Counted from the stretch's first letter, positions 1-10,545 are shown. The stretch: DNA of 64,000 nucleotides from Vulcanimicrobiota bacterium (GCA_963714015.1 OY970223.1:1408001-1472000); one strand, 5' to 3'. The notes: generated from the letters alone by a model not told the origin. Numbers and translations: made by a program.

Positions 1-82
1 GATCGAGTACGCGCAATGCTTCGAGCAGCAACTCCTGGCCGGTTTCGTCGCCTTCGAGCACGACGATCGTTGGGACTGGCAA
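1..82 (-). CDS. Isocitrate/isopropylmalate dehydrogenase family protein, N-terminus only (runs off the window start)
   Basis: Not in the ORF track. The minus strand reads TTG(82) MPVPTIVVLEGDETGQELLLEALRVLD, the typical 'I.V..GD..G.E' start of this family, with an AGGAG Shine-Dalgarno (SD) just upstream. Confidence 0.75.
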   Translation of the reverse strand, partial: MPVPTIVVLEGDETGQELLLEALRVLD

Positions 83-118
83 ATGAACTCCTGTACTGAT
101 GACGAAAGAAACTCATCA

Positions 119-2389
119 ATGGCACGCGTACGCCGCAAGGCGACCGCGAAGACGCGACTGAACTTCGAGATCGCCGGCATCGCTGCGATCGGTCTCGCCG
201 TCCTCCTCGGAATCGCGCTGGCTTTACCGAAGGGTGCGGGCTTCGCCGGCGCTTTTATAGCGCACGGCCTGCTGTGGCTCTTTGGAGGCGCCGCAGTGCT
301 ATTCCCGGTCCTGATTGCGCTCTTCGGCGCCATTATCTTTCTCGAAATCAACGTCCCGCGCATGATGGCGACGCTCGGCAGCGCTTCGCTCGGGTACTTC
401 CTGATTGCGGATGCCTCCTTCGGCCGCCGCGGCGGAGCGCTGGGGGCCGCGCTCTGGAACGGTTTGCAGGCGCTGATCGGCTTGGCCGGAGCCCGCATCG
501 TCCTTATCACGGGCGCGCTTCTGCTCGCGGTGTGGATTACAAATGTCTCCGTCAAGAAAGTCATCGGCTGGCTGGTGCTCGGGCTCTCCAAAGTACGGCC
601 GCCGAAACTGCGCGTCGCGCTTCCGCGCGGACATGAATCGCTGCGCGAAGCTTTTGCGCTTCCGCAAACGGCGAAAAAGAACTCTGCCGAAGCCCGAGCG
701 ACCGGAGCAATCGTGCCGGTCGAGGCATTTGTGCCCGCTCCTTCGCAGTCAGTCGTAATCGAAACTCGCGAGGAAGCGGAATCGATCGACGATGAGGAGG
801 ATGAAGACGAAGACGACTTCCGCGAAGACGAGGACGAGGCTGAGTTGGAAGAATCGTACGAGGAGTCGTACGAGGACGAAGACGACGAAGTGGAAGACGA
901 AGAGGTCGACTACGAGACCGCGGACGCGGAGCCCGTGCAGGGCCGAATCCTTTATAAGCTCCCGGACCTCGCGCTCTTCGACCCGCCGCAGGCACAGGCC
1001 GTCGACGATGCGAGCCGGTCGCACGTGCTCGAAGACACGCTGGCTTCCTTCGGCGTCGGCGCGAAGGTGGTGCATATCGAGCGCGGCCCGTCGATCACGC
1101 GTTATGAGATGAAACCCGAACGTGGCGTAAAGATCTCCAAGATCGCATCGCTCGTCGACGATATTACGCTCGCGCTGTCGGCGACGAGCGTTCGAATAGA
1201 GGCCCCGATTCCCGGCAAAGGCACGGTAGGAATCGAGGTTCCGAATAAGACGGTTTCAATCGTTGCGGTACGCGAAATTTTGGAAGCGCTTCCCGGGCGC
1301 GGACAGATTCCGCCGCTCTGGATGGCGCTGGGCAAAGACATTACCGGTAGGCCGGTATTCGGCGATCTCGGGAAAATGCCGCACTTGCTGGTCGCCGGCG
1401 CGACCGGTGCGGGCAAGTCCGTTTGTCTGAACACGATCATCGCCTCTCTTCTGGTGAGCGCGACCCCGGATCAAGTGCAGTTTCTGATGATCGATCCCAA
1501 GCGCGTCGAACTGACGATGTACAACGGTATCCCGCACTTGATTAAGGAGGTGATCACCGACGCACGTATGGCGGCCGGCGCGCTCTTTGAGATGACCAAG
1601 GAAATGGACTCGCGCTACGAGCGCTTCGCCAAGGCCGGCGTGCGCAAGATCGAGGAATACAATTCGAAGTTCCCCGAAGAAAAGCTTCCGTACGTGCTTA
1701 TCGTCATCGACGAGCTCGCAGATCTCATGCTGGTGGCGCCGGCTAAGGTCGAAACGACGATCATGCGGCTCGCGCAGCTCGCACGAGCGACCGGAATTCA
1801 TCTGGTCGTGGCGACGCAGCGGCCTTCCGTGGACGTCATCACCGGTTTGATCAAGGCCAACATTCCGTCCCGCATCGCGTTCGCGGTGAGCTCCCAAGTC
1901 GATTCCCGAACGATTTTGGACATGGCCGGCGCAGAGCGGCTGCTCGGGCGCGGCGACATGCTGTATCTACCGATAGACGCTCCCAAGCCGATTCGCGCTC
2001 AGGGCGCACTCATCACGGGCAGTGAAGTTCACCGTCTCGTCGACTTTTGGGCGAAACAAGGGCGCCCGCAGAATCTGCTCGACGTCGACGTCGTGCCGCT
2101 CAGCGACGACGACGGCGTGCGCAAAGACGTCGATCCGCTCTGCTACGACGCGGCAAAGTTCATCATCGAGAGCAACTATGCTTCCACTGCCGCACTGCAG
2201 TCGCAGTTCTCCGTCGGACACCCGCGTGCCGTGCGCGTGATGAAGCAGCTCGAAGAATTCAAAATCGTCGGTCCCCATGAAGGCACCAAGCCGCGCCGCA
2301 TTCTGATCGGTCTATCGGAACTCGAAACCATCGCCCCGCGCTTGGGCCGCGACGGCGATCAACCAGATCTTTTTGCAACGGGAAGTTGA
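119..2389 (+). CDS. ftsK: DNA translocase FtsK/SpoIIIE
   Basis: N-terminal TM helices, acidic linker, Walker A GATGAGKS, IDELADLM, ATQRPSVDV and a C-terminal gamma domain. Start placed at ATG 119 because 83 collides with the divergent gene's SD. Confidence 0.96.
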   Translation: MARVRRKATAKTRLNFEIAGIAAIGLAVLLGIALALPKGAGFAGAFIAHGLLWLFGGAAVLFPVLIALFGAIIFLEINVPRMMATLGSASLGYFLIADASFGRRGGALGAALWNGLQALIGLAGARIVLITGALLLAVWITNVSVKKVIGWLVLGLSKVRPPKLRVALPRGHESLREAFALPQTAKKNSAEARATGAIVPVEAFVPAPSQSVVIETREEAESIDDEEDEDEDDFREDEDEAELEESYEESYEDEDDEVEDEEVDYETADAEPVQGRILYKLPDLALFDPPQAQAVDDASRSHVLEDTLASFGVGAKVVHIERGPSITRYEMKPERGVKISKIASLVDDITLALSATSVRIEAPIPGKGTVGIEVPNKTVSIVAVREILEALPGRGQIPPLWMALGKDITGRPVFGDLGKMPHLLVAGATGAGKSVCLNTIIASLLVSATPDQVQFLMIDPKRVELTMYNGIPHLIKEVITDARMAAGALFEMTKEMDSRYERFAKAGVRKIEEYNSKFPEEKLPYVLIVIDELADLMLVAPAKVETTIMRLAQLARATGIHLVVATQRPSVDVITGLIKANIPSRIAFAVSSQVDSRTILDMAGAERLLGRGDMLYLPIDAPKPIRAQGALITGSEVHRLVDFWAKQGRPQNLLDVDVVPLSDDDGVRKDVDPLCYDAAKFIIESNYASTAALQSQFSVGHPRAVRVMKQLEEFKIVGPHEGTKPRRILIGLSELETIAPRLGRDGDQPDLFATGS

Positions 2390-3018
2390 TGCGGACTAGA
2401 ACGTTCTCGTGGCCGGTCATTGCCGGCCTAATTCTTTTTGCGGCGTTTTGGTGGCTGGGCACGTATGTGAGCACGCATCCGGAACCGCCGGCTCTGTGGG
2501 CATTCGCGCAGAGCGTCCACGGTAAGGCGATCGGCCTTGCATGGGTACTCACCACTTGCGGGTTCGCGAAAGTGCTGGCGCCGCTTTACGTGCTGTGCTT
2601 GATTGTCGCGTTCGTCCGCCGCGATTGGAGAGTCCGTTCCATTTATACAGTCGTCTGCGCGCTAATCTCATGGATCGTGGGCGATCGCTGCCAGCATTTC
2701 TTTCACCGCCCACGACGCGAGGACTGGATCATCCAGCACGTGCACGCCTTCTCGTATCCGAGCACTCACGCATCGATCTCGACCTCATTTTACTTTCTTT
2801 GGGGCGTCCTTTTGCTGCGCTCGAGCCTGCCGGACGGCGTACGGTACGCTGCGTTCGCGTTGCTCACCGCATTTACGCTGGCAATCATCTGGTCACGGCT
2901 TTCGCTTGGTGCGCATTACCCCACGGACGTTATCGGCGGGGCTTGCTTGGGTTTGGCGGTGGACCTCTTAGCCGCTCGAGTCCTGACGGCAGCCGGGGGG
3001 CGGCTCTCGGAACGCTGA
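2389..3018 (+). CDS. PAP2-family membrane phosphatase
   Basis: RP, YPSTH and SRLSLGAHYPTDV PAP2 motifs. Multiple TM helices. TGATG overlap with ftsK. Confidence 0.88.
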   Translation: MRTRTFSWPVIAGLILFAAFWWLGTYVSTHPEPPALWAFAQSVHGKAIGLAWVLTTCGFAKVLAPLYVLCLIVAFVRRDWRVRSIYTVVCALISWIVGDRCQHFFHRPRREDWIIQHVHAFSYPSTHASISTSFYFLWGVLLLRSSLPDGVRYAAFALLTAFTLAIIWSRLSLGAHYPTDVIGGACLGLAVDLLAARVLTAAGGRLSER

Positions 3019-3103
3019 GCCCTTAAAAGTCGTTGGCGGCCAAGGGCCGCGCGAATACAGTACGAAGCAGAACGCCCAGCGCTCTCATTCAAGGAACAGC
3101 AAA

Positions 3104-4237
3104 GTGGCATTTGCAATGGATCTCGACCTAGGACCAATCGAGCGAAAGATCGACCAAGGAATTCCGCTTTCGGAGCAAGACGGTCTGACGCTGTTTCGGA
3201 CGGCCGATATTCACGGTCTGGGGCGCATGGCCCGCACGGTCAAAGAGCGCAAGAGCGGCAAGAAAGTCTTCTACGTTCTCAACCGCTATATCAATTCTAC
3301 GAACGTCTGTTATGCGGGCTGCAAGTTCTGCTCGTTCGCAGTCGACGAATTCAAGGAACGAGATCGGGTCGTGCGCATGCCGGCCGATCGAGTCATGGCC
3401 AAGGCGCTCGAAACCGGTGAGAACTTTAACCAGATCCACATCGTCGGGGGTCACGATCCGCGTCAACTCTCCCTGGACTATTGGCTCCCGTTGATGCGCC
3501 GCTTCAAGGAACGTCTGCCGCACGTGCAGCTGTCCCTCTTTACGGCGGCTGAGCTGGAGTACATGTGTAAGCGCCATCGCATGAGCTTCCCCGAGATGGT
3601 CTCGATATTAAAGGAAGCGGGTCTGGACAACGTCAACGGCGGCGGCGCGGAGATCTTTGCCGAGGAGACGCGCAAGAAGATTTGCCCGGGCAAAGTGAAC
3701 TCCGAGAACTGGCTGGCGATTCACGAAGAACTTCACCGTCAGGGCGTTGCGTCGAACGCGACGATGCTCTACGGGCACGTCGAGTCGCTTGAAGATCGCA
3801 TCGATCATTTGATTCGCCTGCGTGAATCGCAGGAGCGCTCCCCCGGCTATAACGCGTTCATTCCGCTAGCGTTCCATCCGGACGGAAACGAGTTGAACGA
3901 TTGCGGCTGGACGACCGGTTTGGACGACGTCCGCATGTTCGCAGTGGCCCGCTTGATGCTGAATAACTTCGACCATATCAAGGCCTATTGGATGATCCAA
4001 GGCTTGAAGGTTTGCCAGGTCGCGCTTCAGTTTGGAGCGGACGACATGGACGGCACGCACGGAAGCACCGACGAGGAGCTGATCTATCACAGCGCCGGAA
4101 CGCGATCGGGACAATACGTGGATGACCGCGAGTTCCGCCGTCTCATCGAAGAAGCGGGCTACGTGCCGGTTCGCCGCAACTCGACGTACGATGAGTTCGA
4201 CGTTGACTGGGCACCGCGCGAGATGGTGACCTCGTAA
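3104..4237 (+). CDS. mqnE: Aminofutalosine synthase (radical SAM)
   Basis: CYAGCKFC, GGGAEIF, NATMLYGH and HIKAYW motifs. Clustered with mqnA and mqnC. Confidence 0.88.
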   Translation: MAFAMDLDLGPIERKIDQGIPLSEQDGLTLFRTADIHGLGRMARTVKERKSGKKVFYVLNRYINSTNVCYAGCKFCSFAVDEFKERDRVVRMPADRVMAKALETGENFNQIHIVGGHDPRQLSLDYWLPLMRRFKERLPHVQLSLFTAAELEYMCKRHRMSFPEMVSILKEAGLDNVNGGGAEIFAEETRKKICPGKVNSENWLAIHEELHRQGVASNATMLYGHVESLEDRIDHLIRLRESQERSPGYNAFIPLAFHPDGNELNDCGWTTGLDDVRMFAVARLMLNNFDHIKAYWMIQGLKVCQVALQFGADDMDGTHGSTDEELIYHSAGTRSGQYVDDREFRRLIEEAGYVPVRRNSTYDEFDVDWAPREMVTS

Positions 4238-5067
4238 TGCTCAGGTGCAGCAGGATGCGGTACGTGAACGATCTGCCGATCTACTCGGCGGTCGACGCGG
4301 GAGCCGTGCACTATCCCGGCGCGCTCGTTGCCGACGTTCCTTCGCGGCTGAACGCGATGATGCGCGAAGGCGAGCTGGACATGGGTCCGGTCAGCGCATT
4401 CGAGTACGCATTGGACGCCGAGCGTTACGTCCTGCTTCCCGATTTATGCATCGGTGCGCGCGAAGAGATCGTCTCCGTGCTGCTGATTTCGAAGACCCCG
4501 CCCGCGCTGCTCGCCGGCGCGAAGATCGCGACCACTCGAGAGTCCGCCAGCGGCCGAAACCTGCTGCGCATTCTGCTCGAACGGCGTTACGGGATAACCG
4601 CGCAGTTCGTCGGCGCGGACGATCCGCTGGACCGCGCGCGCAGGGGCGAGCCGGCCATGGTGATCGGCGACGCAGCGATCGATGCGACGTTCGAATTTCC
4701 TACCGAGCAGGTCTACGATTTGGGAGCGCTTTGGCGTGATTGGACGGGCGAACAATCCGTTACCGCGGTTTGGGTAGCGCGCCGCGAAATTTACGAACGC
4801 CGGCTGGACGATGTGCGCGCGTGCATGCACGCACTCACCGATGCGTATTCGTGGGGGCGGGCAAATCCGGATCGCGTCATTTCTCAAGCGCAGAACCAGC
4901 GGCCGCGGCCAGCGGGCTTTTACGAGATTTACTTCGGCAAGCTGAACTTCGTCTTTCATTCTGCCGCACAGCGCGGATTCGCGGCGTACTGTCGAGAGTT
5001 GCTGGCGATCGGCGCAATAGATCGCATACCGCCTTTCGTTCCGGAGGTCATCGGTGTCGCTCGTTAG
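4237..5067 (+). CDS. mqnA: Chorismate dehydratase, MqnA/MqnD family
   Basis: Y.N..P start, P..LN, SVLL and IGD.A motifs, DLGALW...TG. Lies between mqnE and mqnC. Confidence 0.85.
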   Translation: MLRCSRMRYVNDLPIYSAVDAGAVHYPGALVADVPSRLNAMMREGELDMGPVSAFEYALDAERYVLLPDLCIGAREEIVSVLLISKTPPALLAGAKIATTRESASGRNLLRILLERRYGITAQFVGADDPLDRARRGEPAMVIGDAAIDATFEFPTEQVYDLGALWRDWTGEQSVTAVWVARREIYERRLDDVRACMHALTDAYSWGRANPDRVISQAQNQRPRPAGFYEIYFGKLNFVFHSAAQRGFAAYCRELLAIGAIDRIPPFVPEVIGVAR

Positions 5068-6130
5068 TCTCCTGCAAAAATCCGCGTCGGGCGGACGCCT
5101 CTCGTTCGACGAGGGCGTGCGTCTCTACAAAGAGGCCGACATTCACGATTTGGGCGCGGCCGCTCACGCCCGGCGCATGCAGCTGTACCCCGGCAACACC
5201 GTTACGTACGTTATCGACACGACGATCAACTACACGAACGTCTGCAACGTTCACTGCACGTTCTGCGCCTTTTTCCGGCCCGAAAAACACAAAGAAGGGT
5301 ACACCATGTCGCACGATCGCGTGCTCGAGCGCGTTGGATTTGCGGCGGCGCAAGGCGCTACCCAGATCATGATTCAGGGCGGCGTCAATCCCGAACTTGG
5401 AATAACGTGGTTCGAAGATCTTTTTCGGCGAGTTGCAGCGGAGTATCCCCGAGTCGACATTCACTCGCTCTCTGTATCGGAGATCGTCGGGTTGGCGAAG
5501 GTGGAGAACCTCCCGGTGCGCGAGGTGCTCGCGCGCCTCCGGGCGGCCGGAATGAAATCGTTGCCCGGTGCCGGCGCTGAGATACTGGTCGAGCGCGTCC
5601 GCAAACGCATCAGCGCGCGAAAAGTCAAGCCGGAGGAGTGGATCGGCGTGATGCGCGAGGCGCAGCTGCTCGGCATGCCGACGACTGCCACGATGATGTT
5701 CGGCTCGATCGAAACGGACGAAGAACGAGTCGAGCATTTGGACGTTATCCGTTCGCTCCAAGACGAAACGGGCGGATTCACCGCCTTCATCCCATGGTAC
5801 TACGTTCCGTGGAAGACGCCGCTGCGAGGTAAGGAGGCGACGGGGCTTCAGTACTTGCGAGTGCTGGCGATTTCGCGGTTGTATTTGGACAACGTGCCGC
5901 ATTTGCAGGCCTCGTGGCTCACCCCGGGCCTAAAGATGGGACAGCTGGCGCTGTTCTATGGGTGCGACGACATGGGCGGCACGATCATCGAGGAGCAGGT
6001 CGTACACGACGCCGGCTCGACTAACGAGGCGACTAGGCGAGATTTGGAGCAAATCATCCGCAGGGCCGGGTTCGAACCGGCCGTTCGAGACACGTACTGG
6101 AACATGCGTCCGGACATGGCCATGGCCTGA
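5054..6130 (+). CDS. mqnC: Cyclic dehypoxanthine futalosine synthase (radical SAM)
   Basis: INYTNVCNVHCTFCAF, QGGVNP, PGAGAEIL, ATMMFG and QASW motifs. Confidence 0.9.
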   Translation: MSLVSLLQKSASGGRLSFDEGVRLYKEADIHDLGAAAHARRMQLYPGNTVTYVIDTTINYTNVCNVHCTFCAFFRPEKHKEGYTMSHDRVLERVGFAAAQGATQIMIQGGVNPELGITWFEDLFRRVAAEYPRVDIHSLSVSEIVGLAKVENLPVREVLARLRAAGMKSLPGAGAEILVERVRKRISARKVKPEEWIGVMREAQLLGMPTTATMMFGSIETDEERVEHLDVIRSLQDETGGFTAFIPWYYVPWKTPLRGKEATGLQYLRVLAISRLYLDNVPHLQASWLTPGLKMGQLALFYGCDDMGGTIIEEQVVHDAGSTNEATRRDLEQIIRRAGFEPAVRDTYWNMRPDMAMA

Positions 6131-6191
6131 CAGCGTCGCCAGCGTCCAATTAATTGTACGCTTTGTCTGAAAGGCTACAGTTGTCTCGTTT

Positions 6192-6220
6192 TTGAACTCG
6201 CACGCAAACTGCGCTATTCT
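6192..6220 (+). promoter_or_regulatory. Sigma70-type promoter
   Basis: TTGAAC(6192-6197)-N17-TATTCT(6215-6220), followed by GAGG and an in-frame TTG at 6240. Confidence 0.6.
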
Positions 6221-6239
6221 TATCGCGAGGCTTTCTTAT

Positions 6240-6818
6240 TTGGATGATCTGAACGTCGTCCAGAACACCACATCACGCGAAGTGAGCGAGTGCGAACCGC
6301 TCGTTGAAGTTCCCGCCTGGTGGAGCGGTTTTCTGTTTCACGTCTTGAATCCGCGCCAAGTCAGCATGTATCTGTATTTGATCATGCTGTGCGACGATCG
6401 CGGTGTGTGTCACCCAACGATCGAACAGATCCGTAAAGACCTTGGTTTGCTCAGCACGACGATGGTCTTCGAGTCGATCGCAGTGCTCGAGGAGTACGGG
6501 TTTTTCATGCGGTCGCGCCAGGCGCTGCCCGAATCGCGTTCCCGCCGCAACGTTTACCGCCGGGGAGCGTGCGAGTACACCGTTCTTCGGTTGCTGGAGA
6601 CGAACAAGATCGACGGCGATCTGCACCCGGCCGGCTCCGGAGATCCGGCGTCCGACGAAGCGCGACAACTGATCCATGCCGGCCTGAAGACGATCCTCGC
6701 CGCAAAGGAATTCGAAGCGTACGGCGCGGCCACGACGGACTCCAAACGAGACTTGCTGATGGAGTCACTCAACGCAAAGTTGCGCGATCGAGCCGCGGGG
6801 ATTTACGCTTACGAATAG
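6240..6818 (+). CDS. Winged helix-turn-helix protein (DnaD-N/replication-initiator-like)
   Basis: LNPRQVSMYLYLIML...HPTIEQIRKDLGL.S...FESIAVLEEYGFF fits a wHTH pattern. Has its own promoter and SD. Confidence 0.6.
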   Translation: MDDLNVVQNTTSREVSECEPLVEVPAWWSGFLFHVLNPRQVSMYLYLIMLCDDRGVCHPTIEQIRKDLGLLSTTMVFESIAVLEEYGFFMRSRQALPESRSRRNVYRRGACEYTVLRLLETNKIDGDLHPAGSGDPASDEARQLIHAGLKTILAAKEFEAYGAATTDSKRDLLMESLNAKLRDRAAGIYAYE

Positions 6819-6819
6819 C

Positions 6820-7890
6820 CTATCGCGCTTCGAGAATCGTTGCCGCGCCCAGAACTTCTTCGCCGTCGAATAGTGCGACGAGCTGGCCCGGCGAGATCGC
6901 GCGTTGCGGCTTTTCGAAGGTGAGCGTCAAGGTTGAGTCCCTTACCGTAACGCGCGCAGGTGCGGCAGTCGCACGGTAGCGGACCATCGCCTGCACGTGC
7001 GCGTCTGGTTCCGCGAAACGTTCCGGGCGAATAAGATTCACTTCGCCGGCTTCCAAACCATATGCGTCCAGCTCGTCGTCGCGGCCGATGACGATCGTAT
7101 TGGTCTCGGCGTCGATGCGGGTCACGTAGCGCGCACCGCCGTTCGCAGCCGGCAAACCGTGCCGCTGACCCACGGTGAAGTTCGCAACGCCGGAGTGCGT
7201 TCCGACGACGTCCCCGGCAAGGGTCCGCATGATGCCCTCGCGCTGTAGGTCCGGACGCACTCGCGCCAGCACGTCGCGGTAGTCACCGCCTTCGACGAAA
7301 CAGATGTCTTGGGATTCGATTTTGTCGTGCACCGGTAGCCCCAGCCGCCGGGCATGTGCACGTGTGGTACTCTTGTCGAATTCGCCCAGCGGCAAGAGGA
7401 GGTGCGAGAGCTGTTCGGGCGTCAGTTGGGCGAGGGCGTACGCCTGATCTTTCGCATGCGTTCCGCGAAAGAGGCGGGGGCCGCCGGCGCCGTGTTCGAC
7501 GCGCGCGTAGTGTCCGGTCGCAATGTATTGCGCTCCGAGCGAGTCCGCATATTTGCGCAACGTGCCCAGTTTGACGAAGTTGTTGCACGAAACGCACGGA
7601 TTGGGTGTGCGGCCGCGCGCGTAGTCGTCGACGAAGCGTTCGATGACGCTGCGGCGGAACGTCTCCTCGAAATTCAACACGTAATGCGGAATGCCGAGAG
7701 CTGCGGCGCTGCGGCGCGCATCGTCGAAATCATCGACGCCGCAGCAGCTTTTTGCATGCGGAGCTTTCGTCGGCGAATACATCTTCATCGTGACGCCGAT
7801 GACGTCGTATCCCGCTTCGACGAGCAGTCCGGCGGCTGCAGCGGAGTCTACTCCGCCGCTCATTGCCGCGATAACGCGAGGCTTTGCCAT
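6820..7890 (-). CDS. mnmA: tRNA 2-thiouridylase
   Basis: [35 protein letters not shown] and PGQ motifs. True start is ATG 7890 (MAKPRV). Confidence 0.96.
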   Translation of the reverse strand: MAKPRVIAAMSGGVDSAAAAGLLVEAGYDVIGVTMKMYSPTKAPHAKSCCGVDDFDDARRSAAALGIPHYVLNFEETFRRSVIERFVDDYARGRTPNPCVSCNNFVKLGTLRKYADSLGAQYIATGHYARVEHGAGGPRLFRGTHAKDQAYALAQLTPEQLSHLLLPLGEFDKSTTRAHARRLGLPVHDKIESQDICFVEGGDYRDVLARVRPDLQREGIMRTLAGDVVGTHSGVANFTVGQRHGLPAANGGARYVTRIDAETNTIVIGRDDELDAYGLEAGEVNLIRPERFAEPDAHVQAMVRYRATAAPARVTVRDSTLTLTFEKPQRAISPGQLVALFDGEEVLGAATILEAR

Positions 7891-7940
7891 GGCTTTCGAG
7901 GGACAGGATAACAGGAGAGCGGCGCAAACTCCAAGCTCCA

Positions 7941-8645
7941 ATGTCGCTTGGAGAACGCTTCCGCGCCGCTCGGGAACAGCGCGGCCTCTCGCTTTCCGAA
8001 GTGGCCGAGCACTTGCGGATACGCTCGGTCTACTTGGCGGCAATCGAAGAAGAGAACTGGAGCGCCATCGGCGCTCCCGTCTATACTAGGGGTTTCCTGC
8101 GCACGTATGCCCGCTATCTCGGGTTGGATCCCGAAGAGGCGGTCGGCGCCTTCAACTCGGCATCCGGTCAACCGCCGCCTGCGGCGATTCCATCGCGCCA
8201 AATCGACTCGAGCCCTTATCGCGAGCCGCGAAGTCTGCGCCCCGTGCTTTGGATTGCCGGGATAGTCGCCGTCGGTCTCATCGCCTTCGTCATCTACCTT
8301 TATTTGGCTCCGCCCCGCACGGCCGGCCTGACCGCGATGTCGACTGCTGCGACGGCCTCCCCCCAGTCAGCCGGCACGGCTACGCCGGTGTCGACTCCGA
8401 CCTTTCTCCCGCAGGTGAAGACCCTGGCGATCCTCCTCACCGCCCCCTGTTGGCTTAGAGTCGTCGTTGACGGCAGTGTTAGTATTGAGGGTACGTTTCC
8501 GGCGGGGACCCGCAAAACGTTCCACGGCAAAACTGCTCTGGTGCGGGTCGGTAACGCCGGCGGCGTCCAAATCACGGTTGACGGCAGGCCCGTCGGGCGG
8601 CTGGGATCATCCGGGGACGTCGTTGAGCGCAGCTTCACGTTGTAG
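7941..8645 (+). CDS. rodZ: RodZ-like protein (HTH, TM, DUF4115-like domain)
   Basis: [12 protein letters not shown]..., [16 protein letters not shown], a single TM helix and a C-terminal VGNAGGV. Confidence 0.88.
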   Translation: MSLGERFRAAREQRGLSLSEVAEHLRIRSVYLAAIEEENWSAIGAPVYTRGFLRTYARYLGLDPEEAVGAFNSASGQPPPAAIPSRQIDSSPYREPRSLRPVLWIAGIVAVGLIAFVIYLYLAPPRTAGLTAMSTAATASPQSAGTATPVSTPTFLPQVKTLAILLTAPCWLRVVVDGSVSIEGTFPAGTRKTFHGKTALVRVGNAGGVQITVDGRPVGRLGSSGDVVERSFTL

Positions 8646-8654
8646 AGCAAAGTT

Positions 8655-9149
8655 ATGGCAAGCGAATCATCCTTCGACGTCGTTTCGAAAGTCGATCGGC
8701 AAGAACTGGACAACGCCCTGAATCAAGCGCGTAAAGAGATCGGCGGCCGGTTCGATTTCAAAAACAGCAAAACCGAGATTGAATTCGACGGCAAATCAGT
8801 CGTCACGGTTCTTTCCGACGACGAGCTGAAAATGAAGAACGTGATGGACGTCATCCAGTCTAAGGCCGTCAAACGCGGGATAGAGATAAAGGCCTTGGAC
8901 TTCGGTAAAGTCGAGCCGGCTTCGCAGAACGCGGTTCGCCAGACGATCACCATCAAGAGCGGCATTCCCAAAGACAAGAGTAAGCCGCTGATGGAAGCCA
9001 TCAAAAACCTCAAACTCAAAGTCAGCGCGCAGTATCAGGACGAGCAGATCCGCGTTTCCGGCAAGAACCGCGACGATCTGCAAAAAGTCATCGCGCATCT
9101 CAAAGGCATGGAGTACGAGTTGCCGCTGCAGTTCGTCAATTATCGATGA
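8655..9149 (+). CDS. yajQ: YajQ nucleotide/c-di-GMP-binding protein
   Basis: SFDVVS, RFDFK, RVSGKNRDDLQ and LQFVNYR motifs. Confidence 0.95.
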   Translation: MASESSFDVVSKVDRQELDNALNQARKEIGGRFDFKNSKTEIEFDGKSVVTVLSDDELKMKNVMDVIQSKAVKRGIEIKALDFGKVEPASQNAVRQTITIKSGIPKDKSKPLMEAIKNLKLKVSAQYQDEQIRVSGKNRDDLQKVIAHLKGMEYELPLQFVNYR

Positions 9150-9171
9150 AAAGGCCGCTCCGCAGGCAATT

Positions 9172-10545
9172 ATGGCTAAAGTAGCGTTCGTGTCGCTCGG
9201 GTGCGCGAAAAACCTCGTCGACACCGAGGTGATGATTGCCAAGCTGGGCGCCGCAGGCTGGTCGCTCGCAGGCGATCCGCAAGATGCAGACACCGTCGTC
9301 GTCAATACTTGCGCCTTCATCGATCCGGCCAAAGCGGAGTCTACGGACGCGATTATGGAACAAGCGCAGCTCAAGCGCGCCGATCAGCAACTTATCGTCG
9401 CAGGGTGTCTCGCGCAACGGTACGGCGATCAGCTTCAGGCGCTGATTCCGGAGATCGACGGCGTCGTGGGTACCGGAGCGTATGCCGGGATCGTCGAGCT
9501 GCTTGAAGACGCCCGCGCCGGACACCATCCGGTTCGTCTGCAATTCGAGAGCGAACCGGAACATGATTTTTTGCCGCGCCTCGTGACGACGCCCAAGGCC
9601 ACGGCATATTTGAAGATTGCCGAGGGATGCGATCATCCGTGCACGTTCTGCATCATTCCCAAGCTGCGCGGCGCCTTCCGCAGCCGCAGCGAGGAATCGA
9701 TTCTCAAAGAAGCTCGGGCCCTTGCTCAAGCCGGTACTAAAGAATTGATCCTGATCGCTCAAGACACGTCGATGTGGGGCAGAGATCGGGGTTTCCGGCG
9801 CGGCGGCCTCGCGCATCTGCTCGAACGTCTCCACGCGATTGACGATCTGGAATGGATCCGTCTGCTGTACTTGTATCCGGCAACCGTCGACGACGAACTG
9901 GTGCAAGCGATGGCGCAGCTTCCGAAGGTCTGCAAGTATATGGATATGCCGCTGCAGCACGCGCATCCTCAAGTGCTGCGGGCAATGCTGCGGCCGGGGA
10001 ACGGCGAGCGCTACCTCGATATCTTGGCGCAGTTTCGAGGCCGCATCCCCGGCATCACGATGCGCTCGACATTCATCGTCGGATTCCCAGGAGAAACCGA
10101 GGAACACGTAGCTTATTTGGAAGAGTGGATCGAACGGGCACAACTCGACCGCGTCGGATTCTTCGAGTACAGCCGTGAAGAAGACACGCCCAGCGCCGAC
10201 CTTGGTGCGAGAGTTTCCGCCGTGGAAAAACGCCGGCGCCTCGTACGGCTCCGTGAAGCGCAGCGCAAAGCGTCCGAGCGAGCGCGGGCCCGGCGGCTTG
10301 GGCAAACGGTTCCGGTACTCGTCGAGGAACGCCGCGCGCTCCGCAAAACGGACCCGGCACGCTGCGCTTTGAACAGCCCGCAGGCCTGGTTCGGCCGTTC
10401 GGCGGGCGAAGCACCCGGCGTCGACGGCGGCGTCTACTTTACCGGTGAGGCCAGGCTCGGCGAGTTCGCTCAGGTCACGCTGACCGGAAGCGGTCCGTTC
10501 GACTTTTTCGGGGCAGCGTACATTAAGGAAGCAGCGATTGGATAG
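9172..10545 (+). CDS. rimO: Ribosomal protein S12 methylthiotransferase
   Basis: SLGCAKNLVD, NTCAFI, EGCDHPCTFCIIP, IVGFPGET and APGVDG motifs. Confidence 0.95.
   Translation: MAKVAFVSLGCAKNLVDTEVMIAKLGAAGWSLAGDPQDADTVVVNTCAFIDPAKAESTDAIMEQAQLKRADQQLIVAGCLAQRYGDQLQALIPEIDGVVGTGAYAGIVELLEDARAGHHPVRLQFESEPEHDFLPRLVTTPKATAYLKIAEGCDHPCTFCIIPKLRGAFRSRSEESILKEARALAQAGTKELILIAQDTSMWGRDRGFRRGGLAHLLERLHAIDDLEWIRLLYLYPATVDDELVQAMAQLPKVCKYMDMPLQHAHPQVLRAMLRPGNGERYLDILAQFRGRIPGITMRSTFIVGFPGETEEHVAYLEEWIERAQLDRVGFFEYSREEDTPSADLGARVSAVEKRRRLVRLREAQRKASERARARRLGQTVPVLVEERRALRKTDPARCALNSPQAWFGRSAGEAPGVDGGVYFTGEARLGEFAQVTLTGSGPFDFFGAAYIKEAAIG

Noticed and set aside
96..112. CTGATGA...GAAA resembling a hammerhead ribozyme core
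   Set aside because: There is no proper stem II, and no stems I or III with a cleavage triplet can be formed.
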